Source of the DNA: the human T2T-CHM13v2.0 reference genome, Homo sapiens
Direction: 5' to 3' (one strand)
NCBI RefSeq assembly: GCF_009914755.1
Contig: NC_060925.1
DNA length: 64,000 nt
Shown here: positions 13,740-27,268 of the stretch, in pieces
How positions within the stretch are numbered: the stretch's first letter is position 1
Layout: each line of letters opens with the position of its first letter
The notes under the pieces: model-generated
What the model was told of the DNA's origin: nothing
What the model saw: only the letters and a program-made list of their open reading frames with translations
Database searches by the model: none
Translations under genes and position numbers: made by a program

Positions 13740-14170
13740 CCCCCAACTAGCTGTGCAACTTGGGACCAACCAATTCATCTCTCCACTCTTTATCTGCTCA
13801 TCTAGAAAATAAGATAATACCATATTCTTCTGAGGGTTGTTGTCAGAATTGCAGGAGACAAGGTGTGGGATAGTGATTCTGTCTGAACATCCTTTGCACC
13901 TTTGTTTCCTGAAAGCTTTTCCTCTTCCCCAGCTATCTCCTAGTCATCTTCAGCTGATTTGATGCTTTTACTGCATATCACACTTTCCTGGTTGCCTGTA
14001 TCCCTGTAGGAATTAAACAGCTTGTTGTGTGCATTTTTATTCATGCTGGCCTGTTGCCTACTAGACCATTGGTTCCAAGGTGCGAGGTCCACACGTATGG
14101 CCCCATCACCGAGAACAGCATTAGGCACTTTGTACAGGCAGAGTTTATATTGTTGAAAGGATCAAGACAT
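13740..14170 (+). mobile_element. MIR (13740-13880) followed by L2 3' fragment
   Basis: ACTAGCTGTGCAACTTGGG...CTCATCTAGAAAATAAGATAATA...GAGGGTTGTTG, then an L2-like pyrimidine-rich block ending TGTTGAAAGGA. Confidence 0.55.
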
Positions 14171-15379
14171 GCATGATTTAATTAAAACATTGATGCATTC
14201 ATGTATTGTTTGTGTGTTAATTTCTGTGAAACATTTTTTAAAAATCAGATCCTGAGTCATGAAAGTGAGACAAAAATTAGACTTGGCTTTTGCCTATGGC
14301 AACTTTGCCAACCTCATAACCCACCAGAAGCATAAACACTATGTGCATCAAATTTAGATAACTCCACCAAACAAAGGCAAAGCAGGATTGATTGTGGAAA
14401 GTAAGCTGAGAAATAACAAAGTACATTCTGTGCAGTGTGAAGATTAAATGCATATGAAATACCCATCTTGCCAAACTGCCTTCAGCCAAATTTTGCAATG
14501 CAGGCCAGAAATCAGGAACCATTCCCTGACTCGAGGAGAGTCTAAGAAATCCAAGAATGATCCCCTCCCAAGGATTTCAAAACAACAAGCCAGGAAGGGT
14601 ACTTTTCTGATGCCTTCTGTATGAAAGAAGAGTTCCAAGATAATGCCTGCTGTCCTCTGACTGCCTTTCTGATGAGCAACAAAATGTTTGATTTTCTTCT
14701 AATAGATTTGTCATTTTACTTCAAGTATCCAGTATTATTGACCTATGGAACCTCAATTTCAAAGCCATTAAAATCTAATTTTCCACACTGTGTCCCCAAG
14801 AGATTGACTAACTTTCAAAGAATAATTCATTTTGTTTAAGGAAAAAAATGCATCTCTCTATATTTTCTTTTTCATTCTTTAAAATAATTTAAGGGACATT
14901 GCTGTCAGCATAGCCATTATTACTCCCCCAGTGCCTTTCTTGCAAAAGAACATAAGTGCTCCTCTGACAAAGTAAGATTTGGTCACTAAGGACTGAAGGC
15001 TGTATTTATGTGGGGAAACTACCACTTATTGATATATTATAAAAGACCACTGTCATGTTTCACCATCAAGAAAGCAGGACAGAAGTCTCAAGGTTATTTG
15101 TTTTGGAAAATAACAGATGTGTCAAAGACTAAGCAGAAAAATGTTTTGAAGGGGAGAATGTCTTCTGGCAAGTTTCAGGAGTCCAAGACCTCTAAAATTG
15201 AGTTATCTTTCTCAGCTGCTAAACTGAACCTCTCCATTTAAAACTCTGGGATCAGAACACCTAACGAGAGGCCACTTAGGCAGGTGTTCACAAATCCATA
15301 TACAGAGATCTCAGTCAATTGATGGGAACCACATGGGTGTCATCACATGGGACCCATTATACTTGCTCCTTCACAAACA

Positions 15380-15628
15380 TATGCAATATGGGATCCTAGA
15401 GTTGAAAAAGGATATTAGTGGACAAATCAGGGCTACTGGGCTACTAGCGGAGCTGCTAGTAGTTAATTTCTTGGTTTAGGTTTTTGTGCTATGGTTATGT
15501 AAGATTACATAAGGATTAAGATTACGTTAGGAGTAGGTATCTGGTGAAAGGTGTATGAGAATGCGTCTTACTAACTTTGCAGCTTTTGTGTAAGTCTAAA
15601 ATCATTTAAAAATAAACATTTAAAAGAA
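15380..15628 (+). mobile_element. Old L1M (L1MC-like) 3' end
   Basis: GAAAAAGGATATTAGTGG...TGGTGAAAGGTGTATGAGAA...TTTGCAGCTTTTGTGTAAGTCTAAAATCATTTAAAAATAAA. Confidence 0.7.
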
Positions 15629-17399
15629 ATGTATAGTCCATATATTCAGAAAGGTTGGAAAGCAAGAGAATATACCATTGTCATAAAAACATGCCAGGAT
15701 GCAAGAACAAGTGAATGCTTCATTCTAAAGCTCCTTTGGTAAGATGTGTGCAAGTCTGTGGACTAGAAAGTTATGCCAGCCACTTGACTTTACTTGAATG
15801 CCATGGTTTCTTTATACAATCAAGTGACTGGTGCACATGATACCAATAAACTTCTGTCCTTGCATTGGAAGAGTTAGCAAACAAGAGGTGCAGCCCACTA
15901 GTGCCTGAATTAGGTCATAATGGCACACCACGGCACCAGTTGTACAATGGTTGGCCCATAGCAGATGCTCAATAATTCTTATTAGTTAGTCTCCTGCAGG
16001 TCAAGTCACACCCAAGGAACATACTATCCATGTGATTGCTAGAAGCCCAATTCAGAAGGATAAACCTACAATTTAATGAGGATTTCACGTTGACCTTGAA
16101 ACACTGGCAGTATAAAGGAAGGTCTGAGTAGTTTTACAGGATCACAAAGATGAAGGGGGATACCAGAGTCAAGACCTATGACTGGGAGCCCAGAGGGGAG
16201 GTGAAATCATCTGCTCAAGTTTGAGACCTATTGAAAAAAGGACTATTATTTTCAAAGGGCACATTTCACGAAAGTTTGATACATCTAGGTGGGTTTGAAA
16301 TGGGACTATGGATCCAAAGAGTCACAAGTAGCCCAGGGATGGCCATCACTGTTTCTCATCCCCCAAGAGATTAGGGGTTTTTTGTTTTCTCTTGCTTCTT
16401 CATTTTATGTAAAATTAAATAAGTCCTTTCTCTTTGAGCTCTGCAGTCTGATGCTTCTAGAAGTCCTTTCTCAGTCTTGCTGGCTCATGAGAACAGCTAG
16501 GAGGGGCCCCATTGAGAGACTGCAGTCTCCAAGGGAGGCTGGACAGAGAGAAGGGCCTTTCTGGGCCTGGCCTCACCATGTCCTTGCTGTGCAGCCTGAT
16601 CAAGTGACTCCTCATTCTGTGTCAGTTCCTTCATTCCAACATGGATAAGAACACTCTGCAGTACCTAGTTATTGGAAGGGATAAATGTAATGACATGGCC
16701 AAGCAGCTTGCAGCACACAGGGCTGCTTTGTAAATGCTGGCGGCCATCATTACTCTTTGTGATCCTGGTTCAGCCAGAGGGAATTTGGCTGAGGCTACTG
16801 GACATGTGTTTCTGCAAAAGACAAGGTCCCGCCAAACAGCCAGTTCCTGCAGAGGCCCCTGAGCAGGAGAAAACCAAACCCCAAAACCACACAGCAGTCT
16901 TTCTTTCCTGCACCAAGGGAGCAAGAAGACCATGAGAGGACCTGAAAGGCCAAAGATACCAAGGGAAACTAAAGAGGTAGGGGTTGGGAGGAGACAATCC
17001 TGCAGAAACAGGAAGAAATTGCTTTACTCAATAAGCCAGAGATGCTGGCATGGCTCCGCTCAGAGCAGGTGCCTGTCCAGGCCCCCAGCTACCTCCTTCA
17101 TTTCTGTTGCCCACTCACCACTCTCCTCATCCTCTCTCTGAGCACCCTCAATATTTATACTGTAAATGTGGAGGACATCAGTATTGTTTGAAATGTACAA
17201 GCCTCTTTCTCAAAATAATCTCAGGAGGTTTGAACTAGTAGGAAAGACATAAAAATAAGACAACTTGGAACAAAGATGTGGAAAAGTACTTTGAAATTGC
17301 CTAGGAATGCCTCTCAAAAGTCATTTCAGCACACATTAGGTACCCACGCTCTGCAAGCATTGCCATGATTCAGGATATCTGAGTGCTCCTTACATTCAT

Positions 17400-17650
17400 G
17401 GCTAATGTTAACTGAGCTTTCACTATGTGTCCAGCATAGGACTGTGTGCCCTCCACACATCACTTGCTGAGTTCCTACAAGAGCCACAAGAGACAGGCAT
17501 GATTGTTATTCTCATTTTGCAGAGGTGAACATGCAGGCTTAGTAGGGTTAAGTAATTTGCTCAAGGTCGCATAGCTCAGTAATGGCAGAACTGGGGCTCA
17601 AACCAGACAATGAGTTCAAGCCCAAGCCTGCAAATTCGGTGCTGTCCCAT
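17400..17650 (-). mobile_element. MIR SINE
   Basis: ATTCTCATTTTGCAGAGGTGAACATGCAGGCTTAG...GGTTAAGTAATTTGCTCAAGGTCGCATAGCT...TGGCAGAACTGGGGCTCAAACC. Confidence 0.85.
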
Positions 17651-18836
17651 GGGTCTATTTAAGCAGAAAGTCTTTTTCCTTTCTGGATGTGCATCCCTTG
17701 GCATCTACCTCCTGCACTCGGGAGATACTCAATAGACATTCTTGGACTCAGTGAGGCCAGATGGGCTCTGAGCCCGAGGACTCTCATTGCTATGATGCCA
17801 TCACCCACATCATGAGCTTTGCCTTTGCTGGGGTCCTGTGCTGGGAGATTCTGGAGGGGATGGCAGAGCCTGAACTGGGACCCCTCCTATTACAGATGCA
17901 CTCTTAGAAACGTACCTCACACCGAGTCTGCAGGCTCACATCTCTGACAAAGTTGAGAACTTAAATTCTCATTAGGCAGAAGAGTCTGTTCCATGCTTAT
18001 TTCATCTGGGTAAGAACGGCTGGAGTGAGCGCAATCAGGCGGAATCTGCTTGAGAGTCTTCAGAGGCGCTCGCTGGGGAGGCAGCTGCAGCCAGGATGGC
18101 TTCCTGCATTTCAGTTCTCTTCTTCAAGACCATCTGTTTTCCCACAAAGGCATGTTTCCTTACATCATTCTTTATATACCTCGTCTCCATCTCACACACA
18201 CACACACTCACACATGCTCACACACACACAAACGCAGTGCTCTCCCAATGCAAAATCTATATGTGTAATCAACATTTTCATGAGACAAGTTCATAGAATA
18301 GAATCTGAGCTGAGAATCTCAACTTAGTCTGAAGAAATATTTAGATCCTGGGTAGCCTGAGCGTATGCAGGTGTGTGTGTGTACGTGTGTGCGCATACAC
18401 ACACACACACATCCTCCCACCCCTACCACATTCCTACATCTTTGCACAGAGTAATGAAGAGGATTTATTTGCTCTATTTATTGGGCCTGATAATCCCTTT
18501 CTAAAGAGAAGGATGAGGTGGTGCTGCTGCATCCCTTTCAGCCAGAAGGCAAAGCTTCAAGGACATTCCTGTCACCTCAAGTGCAATATCACTTGAACAA
18601 GCCCAAACCTACCAGCTAGGGGCTTCTTCTCACACACATTGGCATCCGCATTTCTGCTGTTGCCCATACACTGATGGAAAGCCCAGGTATCCTTGTGGAG
18701 TTCTGCCTTCTGGCCAACCCATAACTCAAGCCCAAGCTTCATCCTTCATGTTCCCACTGTCTACACCTTCTCTTAGGTCTCTCTTCCCATCCCCAGCCCT
18801 GTAATTCAAGTTTTCCTGGCTTAGGACCATCCCCTG

Positions 18837-21403
18837 TGTTATGGTTTGGCTCTGTGTTCCCACCCAAATATCACCTTGAATTGTAATAATCCCCATGTGT
18901 CAAGTGCGGGACCAGGTAGAGATAACCGAATCATGGAGGCAGTTCCCCCAGGCTCTTCTCATGACAGTGAGTGAGTTCTCCCAAGATCTGATGATTTTAT
19001 AAGGGGCTTTCCCCTCCTTCACTCTGCACTTCTCTCTCCTGCCACCATGTTGGACCTGTTTGCTTCTCTTCTGCCATGATTATAAGTTTCCTAAGGCCTC
19101 TACAGCCATGTGGAACTGTGTGTCAATTGAGCCTGTTTCCTTTATAAATTACGCAGTCTTAGGCAGTTCTTTATAGCAGCATGAGAATAGACTAATACAG
19201 TAAATTGTTACCACAGAGAGTGGGATGCTGCTATAAAGATATTTGAAAATGTGGAAGTGACTTTGGCACTGGGTAACAGGCAGAGGTTGGAACAGTTTGG
19301 AGGGCTCAGAAGAAGACAGGAAAATGGGGAAAGTTTGGAACTTCCTAGACACTGTTGAATGCCTTTGACCAAAATGCTGACAGTGATTTGGACAATAAAG
19401 TCCAGGCCGAGGTTGTCTCAGATGGAGATGAGGACTTGTTGGGAACTGGAATAAAGGTGATTCTTGCTATGCTTTAGCAAAGAGACTGGCAGAATTTTGC
19501 CCCTGTCCTAGAGATCTGTGAAACTCTGAACTTGACAGAGATAATTTAGGGTCTCTGGCAGAATAAATTTCTAAGTGTCAAAGCCTTCAAGAGGAAGCAG
19601 AGTGTTAAAGTTTGGAAAATTTGCAGCCTGACAATGCAATAGAAAAGAAAAACCCATTTTCTGGGGAGAAATTCAAGCCTGCTGCAGAAATTTGCATAAG
19701 TAACGAAGAGCCAACTGTTAAGCACAAAGACAATAGGGAAAATGTCTCCAGGTCATGTCAGAGACCTTCACAACAGCCCCTCCCATTACAAGCCCAGAGG
19801 CCTAGGAGGAAAAAAATGGTTTTGTGGGCCAGGCCCAAAGCCCCCCTGCTCTGTGCAGTCTTTGGACATGGTACCCTGTGGTGCCTCAGCTGCTTCAGCT
19901 CCAGCCATGGCTAAAAGGGACCAAGGTACAGCTTAGGCCATTGCTTCAGGGGGTGCAAATCCCAAGGCTTGGCAGCTTCCACATGGTGTTGAGCCTGTAG
20001 GTGCAAAGATGTCAAGAGTTGAGGTTTGGGAACCTCTACCTCAATTTCAGATGATGTATGAAAACACCTGGATATCCAGGCAGAAGTTTGCTACAGGGGT
20101 GGAACCCTCATGGAGAAGCTTTGCTAGGGCAGTGTGGAAGGGAAATGTGGGATCAGAGCCCCCACACAGAGTTCCCACTGGGGCACTGCCTAGTGGAGCT
20201 GTGAGAAGAGGGTCACCATCTTCCAGAACCCAGAATGGTAGATTCACTGTTTGCCTAGAAAAGCTGCAGACAGTAAACTCCAGCCCATGAAAGCAGCCAG
20301 GAGGGGGGTGTACCCTGCAAAGCCAGAGGCAGAGCTGCCCAAGGCTATGAGAGCCCACCTCTTACATCAGCATGCCCAGGATGTGAGACATGGAGTCAAA
20401 GGAGATCATTTTGGAATTTTAAGGTTTAATGACTGTCCTATTGGATTTCAGACTTGTGTAGGGCCTATAGCCCCTTTGTTTTGGTCAATTTCTCCCATTT
20501 GGAATGGATGTATTTACCTAATGCCTGTATCCCTGTTGGATCCAGGAAGTAACTAACTTGCTTTTAATTTTAGAGGCTCATAGATGAAAGGGACTTACCT
20601 TGTCTCAGATGAGACTTTGGACTTGGAGTTTGGGGCTAATGCTGGAATGAGTTAAGACTTTGGGGGACTATTGGAAAGGCATGGTTGTGAAATGTGAGAA
20701 CAGGAAATTTGGGAGAGGCCGGGGCAGAATTAAATGATATGGTATGGCTCTGTGTTCCCACCCAAATCTCACCTTGAATTGTAATGATCCCCATGTGTCA
20801 AGGGTGGGACCAGGTGGAGATAATTAACTTAAGGGGATGGTTCCTCTATGCTGTTCTCATGATAGTGAGTGAGTTCTCATGAGATTCGATGGTTTTATAA
20901 GGGGTTTCCCCCCTTTGCTTTTCATTTCTCTCTCCTCCTGCCATGTGAAATAGGACGTGTTTGCTCCCCCTTCTGCCATGACTGTAAGTTTCCTGAGGCC
21001 TCTCCAGCCATGCAGAACTGTGAGTTAATTAAACCTCTTTTCTTTTTTTTTTTGAGAGAGAGTCTCGCTCTGTCACCCAGGCTGGAGTGCAGTGGCACGA
21101 TCTCGGCTCACTGCAAGTTCCACCTCCCAGGTTCACACCATTCTTCTGCCTCAGCCTCCTGAGTACCTAGGACTACAGGCACCTGCCACCACGCCCAGCT
21201 AATTTTTTGTATTTTTAGTAGAGACCGGGTTTCACTGTGTTAGCCAGGATGGTCTCCATCTCCTGATCTCGCGATCCACCCGCTTCAGCCTCCCAAAGTG
21301 CTGGGATTACAGACATGAGCCATGGTGCCTGGCCACCTCGTTTCTTTATAAATTACCCAATCTCAGGCAGTTCTTTTTAGCAGTGTGAGAACAGATTAAT
21401 ACA
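18837..21403 (+). mobile_element. Full-length THE1 (C/D-type) MaLR element: 5' LTR 18837-19199, internal 19200-20734, 3' LTR 20735-21403
   Basis: Two direct LTRs (TG.TATGGT.TGGCTCTGTGTTCCCACCCAAAT...TAATACA), THE1-int sequence, purine tract before the 3' LTR, and perfect 5-bp TSD CCCTG at 18832-18836 and 21404-21408. Confidence 0.95.
21043..21334 (-). mobile_element. AluY inserted in the THE1 3' LTR
   Basis: AluY-like diagnostics (CTGCAAG.TCC, GGTTCACACCATT, TTAGCCAGGATGGTCTC); TSD ACCTC(T/G)TTTCTTT. Confidence 0.92.
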
Positions 21404-21902
21404 CCCTGAAATAGCATTATTTTACTCTCCATCTAGTGTCACTATATCAATTCCTTTTCTGTGAATACCACTTTGAAGCCTCTCCTTACTGAAAAAAAAA
21501 CAGTGGCTGCCTATTACCTGTAGGACAGAGTAATCCAACCCTAGTCCTTTTAATGCAGTTAGCTCCTCCAATCCTTCTTTATTGGAAATACATGGGGGTC
21601 CTCCAATGCATTAGCTCTTCCAATCCTTCTTTATTGGAAAGATTGAAAAAGGGACCCCTTAAACAAAAGAGGTGTCCTTAAACAAAAGAGGTGGCAAGGC
21701 TCTGGAGTTATTAAAACCTTAGTTCAATTCTAGTTTGACTCTTTCCTTAATACCACCTAGTTGATGTCAGGATTTCCAGAAAGCAGAGCCCATTCAAACA
21801 AAAGTAGCTTTAGGGGAGGCAACAGCAAGCATTCGGGGAGAAGAATTGTTTATGTTCTTGAGTTTTGGGAGTGTGTTAAGAACAATAGCTAATTATATTC
21901 AG

Positions 21903-22277
21903 TGTCTTAGTCTGTTCCTGCTGCTAGAAAAAATTACCCAAGACTCAGTAGTTTAGAAATACTAGACATTTATTTCTCGTGGTTCTGGAGGCTGGGAAGT
22001 CCAAGATCAATGTGCTAGCAGCATCAGTTTCTGGTGAGGGTTTCTCTCTACTTCCACGACGGTGCCTGGTTGCTGCATCCTCCAGAGGAAGGAATGGAAG
22101 GGCAGAAGGGAACTCCCTTCAACCTTGATCCCTGTTATAAGGGTGCTAATCCCATTCATGAGGGTGGAGCCTTCATGACGTAATCACCTTCCAAAGGCCT
22201 CACCTCTTAATACAGTTGCACTGAAGATATGTTTCAACACGAATTTTGGAGGGGCCACCATCATTCAAGCAGTAGCA
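21903..22277 (-). mobile_element. MST/MLT1A-type MaLR solo LTR
   Basis: TGTCTTAGTCTGTTCCTGCTGCTA...GGTTCTGGAGGCTGGGAAGTCCAAGATCAA...ATTCAAGCAGTAGCA. Confidence 0.85.
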
Positions 22278-24642
22278 CCGAGCCGAGCACTGGGGATAAA
22301 ATTAGAGGGCAAGTGAACAATGGCTACACCACAAGGGCTTCTTTCTACATTCAAATTGTTCAGGTTGAGTTTACTCAGCCTTTAGCTGACACTCCCTAGG
22401 CCTATTTCAAACAGCTGAGGAAAAATGTTGAGTCCTCAAGGTGAAAAAGTGAAGAGTGGCCATCACTGCACAGATGTAGCAAGAGGTCCCACCAGCAGGT
22501 GGCCCTGGTGTGGCCAAGAAGAGATGCCAACCCCTGATGACCCAAGCTCTTCCCACTGCCTACTGGGGCCTGGTCGCACATATTATCTGCTACAAGCTTC
22601 CAGGCAATGCCCAGAAGTTGCACAAGAACCCCATGCACAAAAACACTGTCACCCTTGGGACCAGGTCCTCTGTCCGTAATCCATTTCTTCCTCCCTCTAC
22701 CTCATGCCAGGAGGAGAGATCTAACTTGCCTGCCTTCTGAAGTGATGATTTGTATTCCAGCACAATTACACGGCAACTCCAAATGAATGAAGATTCTGCT
22801 TAATATTTTTAGTAATGATAACACTTTGTAGGACAAGTGCTTTTTAAAACTCAGAGATGGAGGATGTGGAGTGGCATTTAAAAATGGAGTTGTTAGACAA
22901 GATTCTCTGCAGCCCTGGTAAATGTCAAACATTTTATCAACTGGGGAAAGTGGCATGTTAGACATATTTTCCCCCAAACCTGATTAAAACAGAAAGTGCC
23001 TTTTGCATATTCGTTTCTGTTTTATATTATGTTAGATATGTAGGAAAGAAACAAAGAGAGAGTGAGGAGAGAAGGAGGGAGGGAAAGAGGGAGCAGGGAC
23101 GAGGAGGAAGGCTGGGAGGGCTGCAAGCATCAATTTAGGTGTGTGCAGATGAAGTGGGAAACAATCTGCTCCAGAGGCCCAGAGGGGACAACAGCTTTTT
23201 GAGCAGAATAAATAGTTTGAATGGGCTGAAGCTAAAGAAACCTGTTCTGCTTAGAAACGGGAGTGGAGTGGTTGGGGCTGACTGGCTGGCAGTCTCTCTC
23301 TGGAGGAATGAAATCTCGAGGGAGCCATGTTTGTGTTGGAAGACAAATTCGCTCAGCATATAGATGCATGCGGCGTGGCTGGCACCATATGGCTTCCCCT
23401 CCAGTCAGTCCAGCAGCTGAATTCTCACTACAAGCTGAACTCCAGCCACCCCAATAACAAGTCACAGGACCAGGTTGAACCACCCAGGTGGGGCTCTGTG
23501 ATGAACGAGGGGAGGTCGAGGTAGGAGCCGCGGAACTACAGGGATGGCTTAGGTGGCAGGTCAGGAAGCATCTCCATCAGTGAAGGAATCAGAAATCAGT
23601 CCTGCAATAAGGCATATTTGCCCCTTTATTCTGTACACGAAAAATAAAAGAATGTTGATGTGTGGCCAGAATTAACTGGAACTTAGGACTGTGAGTAATC
23701 AAAGCCTGTGAAAGCTAGCGGGAAGAGTGACAGCAAGGAGCACTGAAGAACCAGGGCAGATGTTGATGAAAAAGCCACAGGGGCGTCTTCCAGAAGCCAG
23801 GGCAGTCACATGGGGGCTTCAGGGAGGAGCTTCAGAGATCAGCACTCCGTCCCCTACCCCCAATACCCCCACCCACCACACTCCTGTTTTGTTCCCAGGG
23901 CACATCCGCTGCCTACCTTATCTCAGAGGAGCTATGAGTCTCCTGTGCCTCCCAGACTCAGGCAGTGCGGGGTACAGGGCGGGTCGGCCACGTAGAAGCA
24001 AAGGCTCCCATTGTTGATTCAAAATTCCCCCAGGAGGGGGTATTCCTGCCTCAGCTGCTGCAAGAGGCTGTCCGCTGGTCCTGTTGACTGTGGCCAGGAA
24101 GCAGGTGGGACCCACTGCAGCTGAAGGCTTCAGGGACTCACCACGGGCAGGCAGTTATCCAGGAAGTTGCCTGAAGGTGTTCACGGCAGGCAAACTAAAC
24201 ATGAGAGCAGGTGGCAGCCAGTGGCCTGGAGGGATCTAGAGAGGAAAGGGAGGCTGTAGATGCCCAGCTAGAGTCAGGCAGGAGCGAGAGAGTGCTAGGG
24301 TAGGAGGCTCTCTCCTCCTGTTTCATGGAGACCCTTTGTAGGGCCAGAGCCCTTCAGTCCCTCCTGCTCTCTGGAATTCCTTCATCCACTTTCCTCCCCT
24401 GGATGAGCCAGTTCTTTAGCATGGCTGTGCATTTTACAAATTTCCATCCTCCAGGACCACCAGGAAGCAGTGGCACAGAAAGTAAAGTCACGCTGGCCTC
24501 CCCAAGTTCCCTTCCTCATTGTTCTCTCTGGGCCCCTCTACCTCCGTCACCACTCCCCTCCTGGACACTTAATGCTAGGGATTGTCTTGTGCATCATGGG
24601 GGCCCTGCTGCCCAGCAGGGTGACTGCCCCTGAGCATGCCTT

Positions 24643-24925
24643 TGCATTAGTTTGCTTGTGTTGTGATGACATAAACTGAGTGGCCTCAACAACAGAAATG
24701 TATTTGCCCACAGTTCTGGAGGCTGGAAGTCCAAGCTCAAGGTGTTGGCAGGTTTGGATCCTTCTGAGACCTCTCTCCTTGGCTTGCAGACAGCTATCTT
24801 CCTTCTGGATCCCCACATGGTCTTCCCTCTGTGCATGGCTGTGTCTGTGTCTTAACTTACCCTATTTAGAAGGACCCCAGTCATTTTGGATGAGGGCCCA
24901 CCCTAATGACCTCAGATAAACTAAA
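24643..24925 (-). mobile_element. MLT1B MaLR LTR, partial
   Basis: AACAACAGAAATGTATT..CCCACAGTTCTGGAGGCTGGAAGTCCAAG...TGGATGAGGGCCCACCCTAATGACCTC. Confidence 0.8.
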
Positions 24926-25150
24926 AATAGGGCATCCCCCCCAGCTCCCTGAACGGGGCTCTGTATTTGCTCCCCAAATGCAGGCTTCTCTCTCTGACTC
25001 TACTTGGATGCTCTAATCTGACACTGGGTTCTGAAATCCACGAGGATAAGTGGTAACTCCTGATTTTAGTTCAGTGAGGTGTGTGGTGAGGTGACTATTC
25101 CATAGACCCAGCAATTGCAAGGAACAGCTCTTCAGATTAACAGTAAAATG

Positions 25151-25153
25151 CAT

Positions 25154-25189
<36 letters not shown>

Positions 25190-25200
25190 GCACACACACA
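25151..25200. repeat. (CA)n microsatellite
   Basis: Seen directly. Confidence 0.95.
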
Positions 25201-25578
25201 TAGTCTTAGCTCAGGCTTCCACAACAAAATACCACAGATTGGGGTGATGTAAACAACAGAAATTTATTTCTCACAGTTCTGAAGGCTGGGGAGTATGAGG
25301 TCAAGGTGCCAGCACATTGAGTAAGTTCCTAATGAGAGTTCTCTTCCTGGTTTACAGATGGCCACCTCCCCACTATGTCCACACGTGGCAGAGAGAGGGA
25401 GAGAAAGCATAGCCAGCAAGTCTCTTCTTACAGGAACACTAATCCTATCACAAAGGCCCTGCCCTCATGGCCTTATCTAAATCTAATGGCTTCCTAGAAG
25501 CCTACCTCCATCACATCAGGAGTTAAGTCTTCAACATATGAATTTGGGAGGGTGGACATGGCCATTCAGTCCATAACA
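25201..25578 (-). mobile_element. MLT1A0-type MaLR solo LTR
   Basis: GTCTTAGCTCAGGCT...AACAACAGAAATTTATTTCTCACAGTTCTG...CATTCAGTCCATAACA. Confidence 0.85.
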
Positions 25579-25580
25579 TA

Positions 25581-25616
<36 letters not shown>
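25579..25616. repeat. (CA)n microsatellite
   Basis: Seen directly. Confidence 0.95.
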
Positions 25617-25619
<3 letters not shown>

Positions 25620-25649
25620 TAAATTATAAACACAGTCACTGGTGTACGC

Positions 25650-26526
<877 letters not shown>

Positions 26527-26532
26527 TGCACT

Positions 26533-27268
26533 CATACTAACACATACACATACACACAAACACATACACACATACTAACACATACACACACACACTAACA
26601 CATACACACACTAACACATACACATACTAACACATGCACACACTAACACATACACATACACACACACTAACACATACACACACACTAACACATACACATA
26701 CATATATACTAACATACACATACACACATACTAACACATACACATACACACATACTAACACATACACATACAGATATACTAACACAGACACATACACACA
26801 CTAACACATACACATACACACTAACATACACATACACACACTAACACATACACATACACACATACTAACACATACACACACACTAACACATACATATATA
26901 CTAACACATACACATACACACATACTAACATACACAAACATACACATACACACATACACATACACACACAAACACATACACATACACACATACTAACACA
27001 TACACATACACACATACTAACACATACACATACACACATACTAACACATACACATACATATATACTAACACACACACTAACACATACACACATACTAACA
27101 CATACACACACTAACACACACATACACACACTAACACACATACACACTAACACATACACATGCACACATACTAACACATACACATACATATATACTAACA
27201 CATACACATACACACACACTAACACATACACATACACACTAACACATACACACATACTAACACACACT
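26533..27268. repeat. Compound CA-rich minisatellite with recurring ACTAAC
   Basis: About 735 bp of CACATA/CA units interrupted ~33 times by ACTAAC (manual count). Confidence 0.95.

Noticed and set aside
19612-20556. ORFs of ~100 aa
   Set aside because: THE1 internal sequence; fragmented
22492-22505. CTCF-like CCAGCAGGTGGCCC
   Set aside because: A single imperfect motif cannot be supported without ChIP data
26801-27267. Val/Cys/Tyr-rich ORFs
   Set aside because: Translations of the TG strand of the minisatellite
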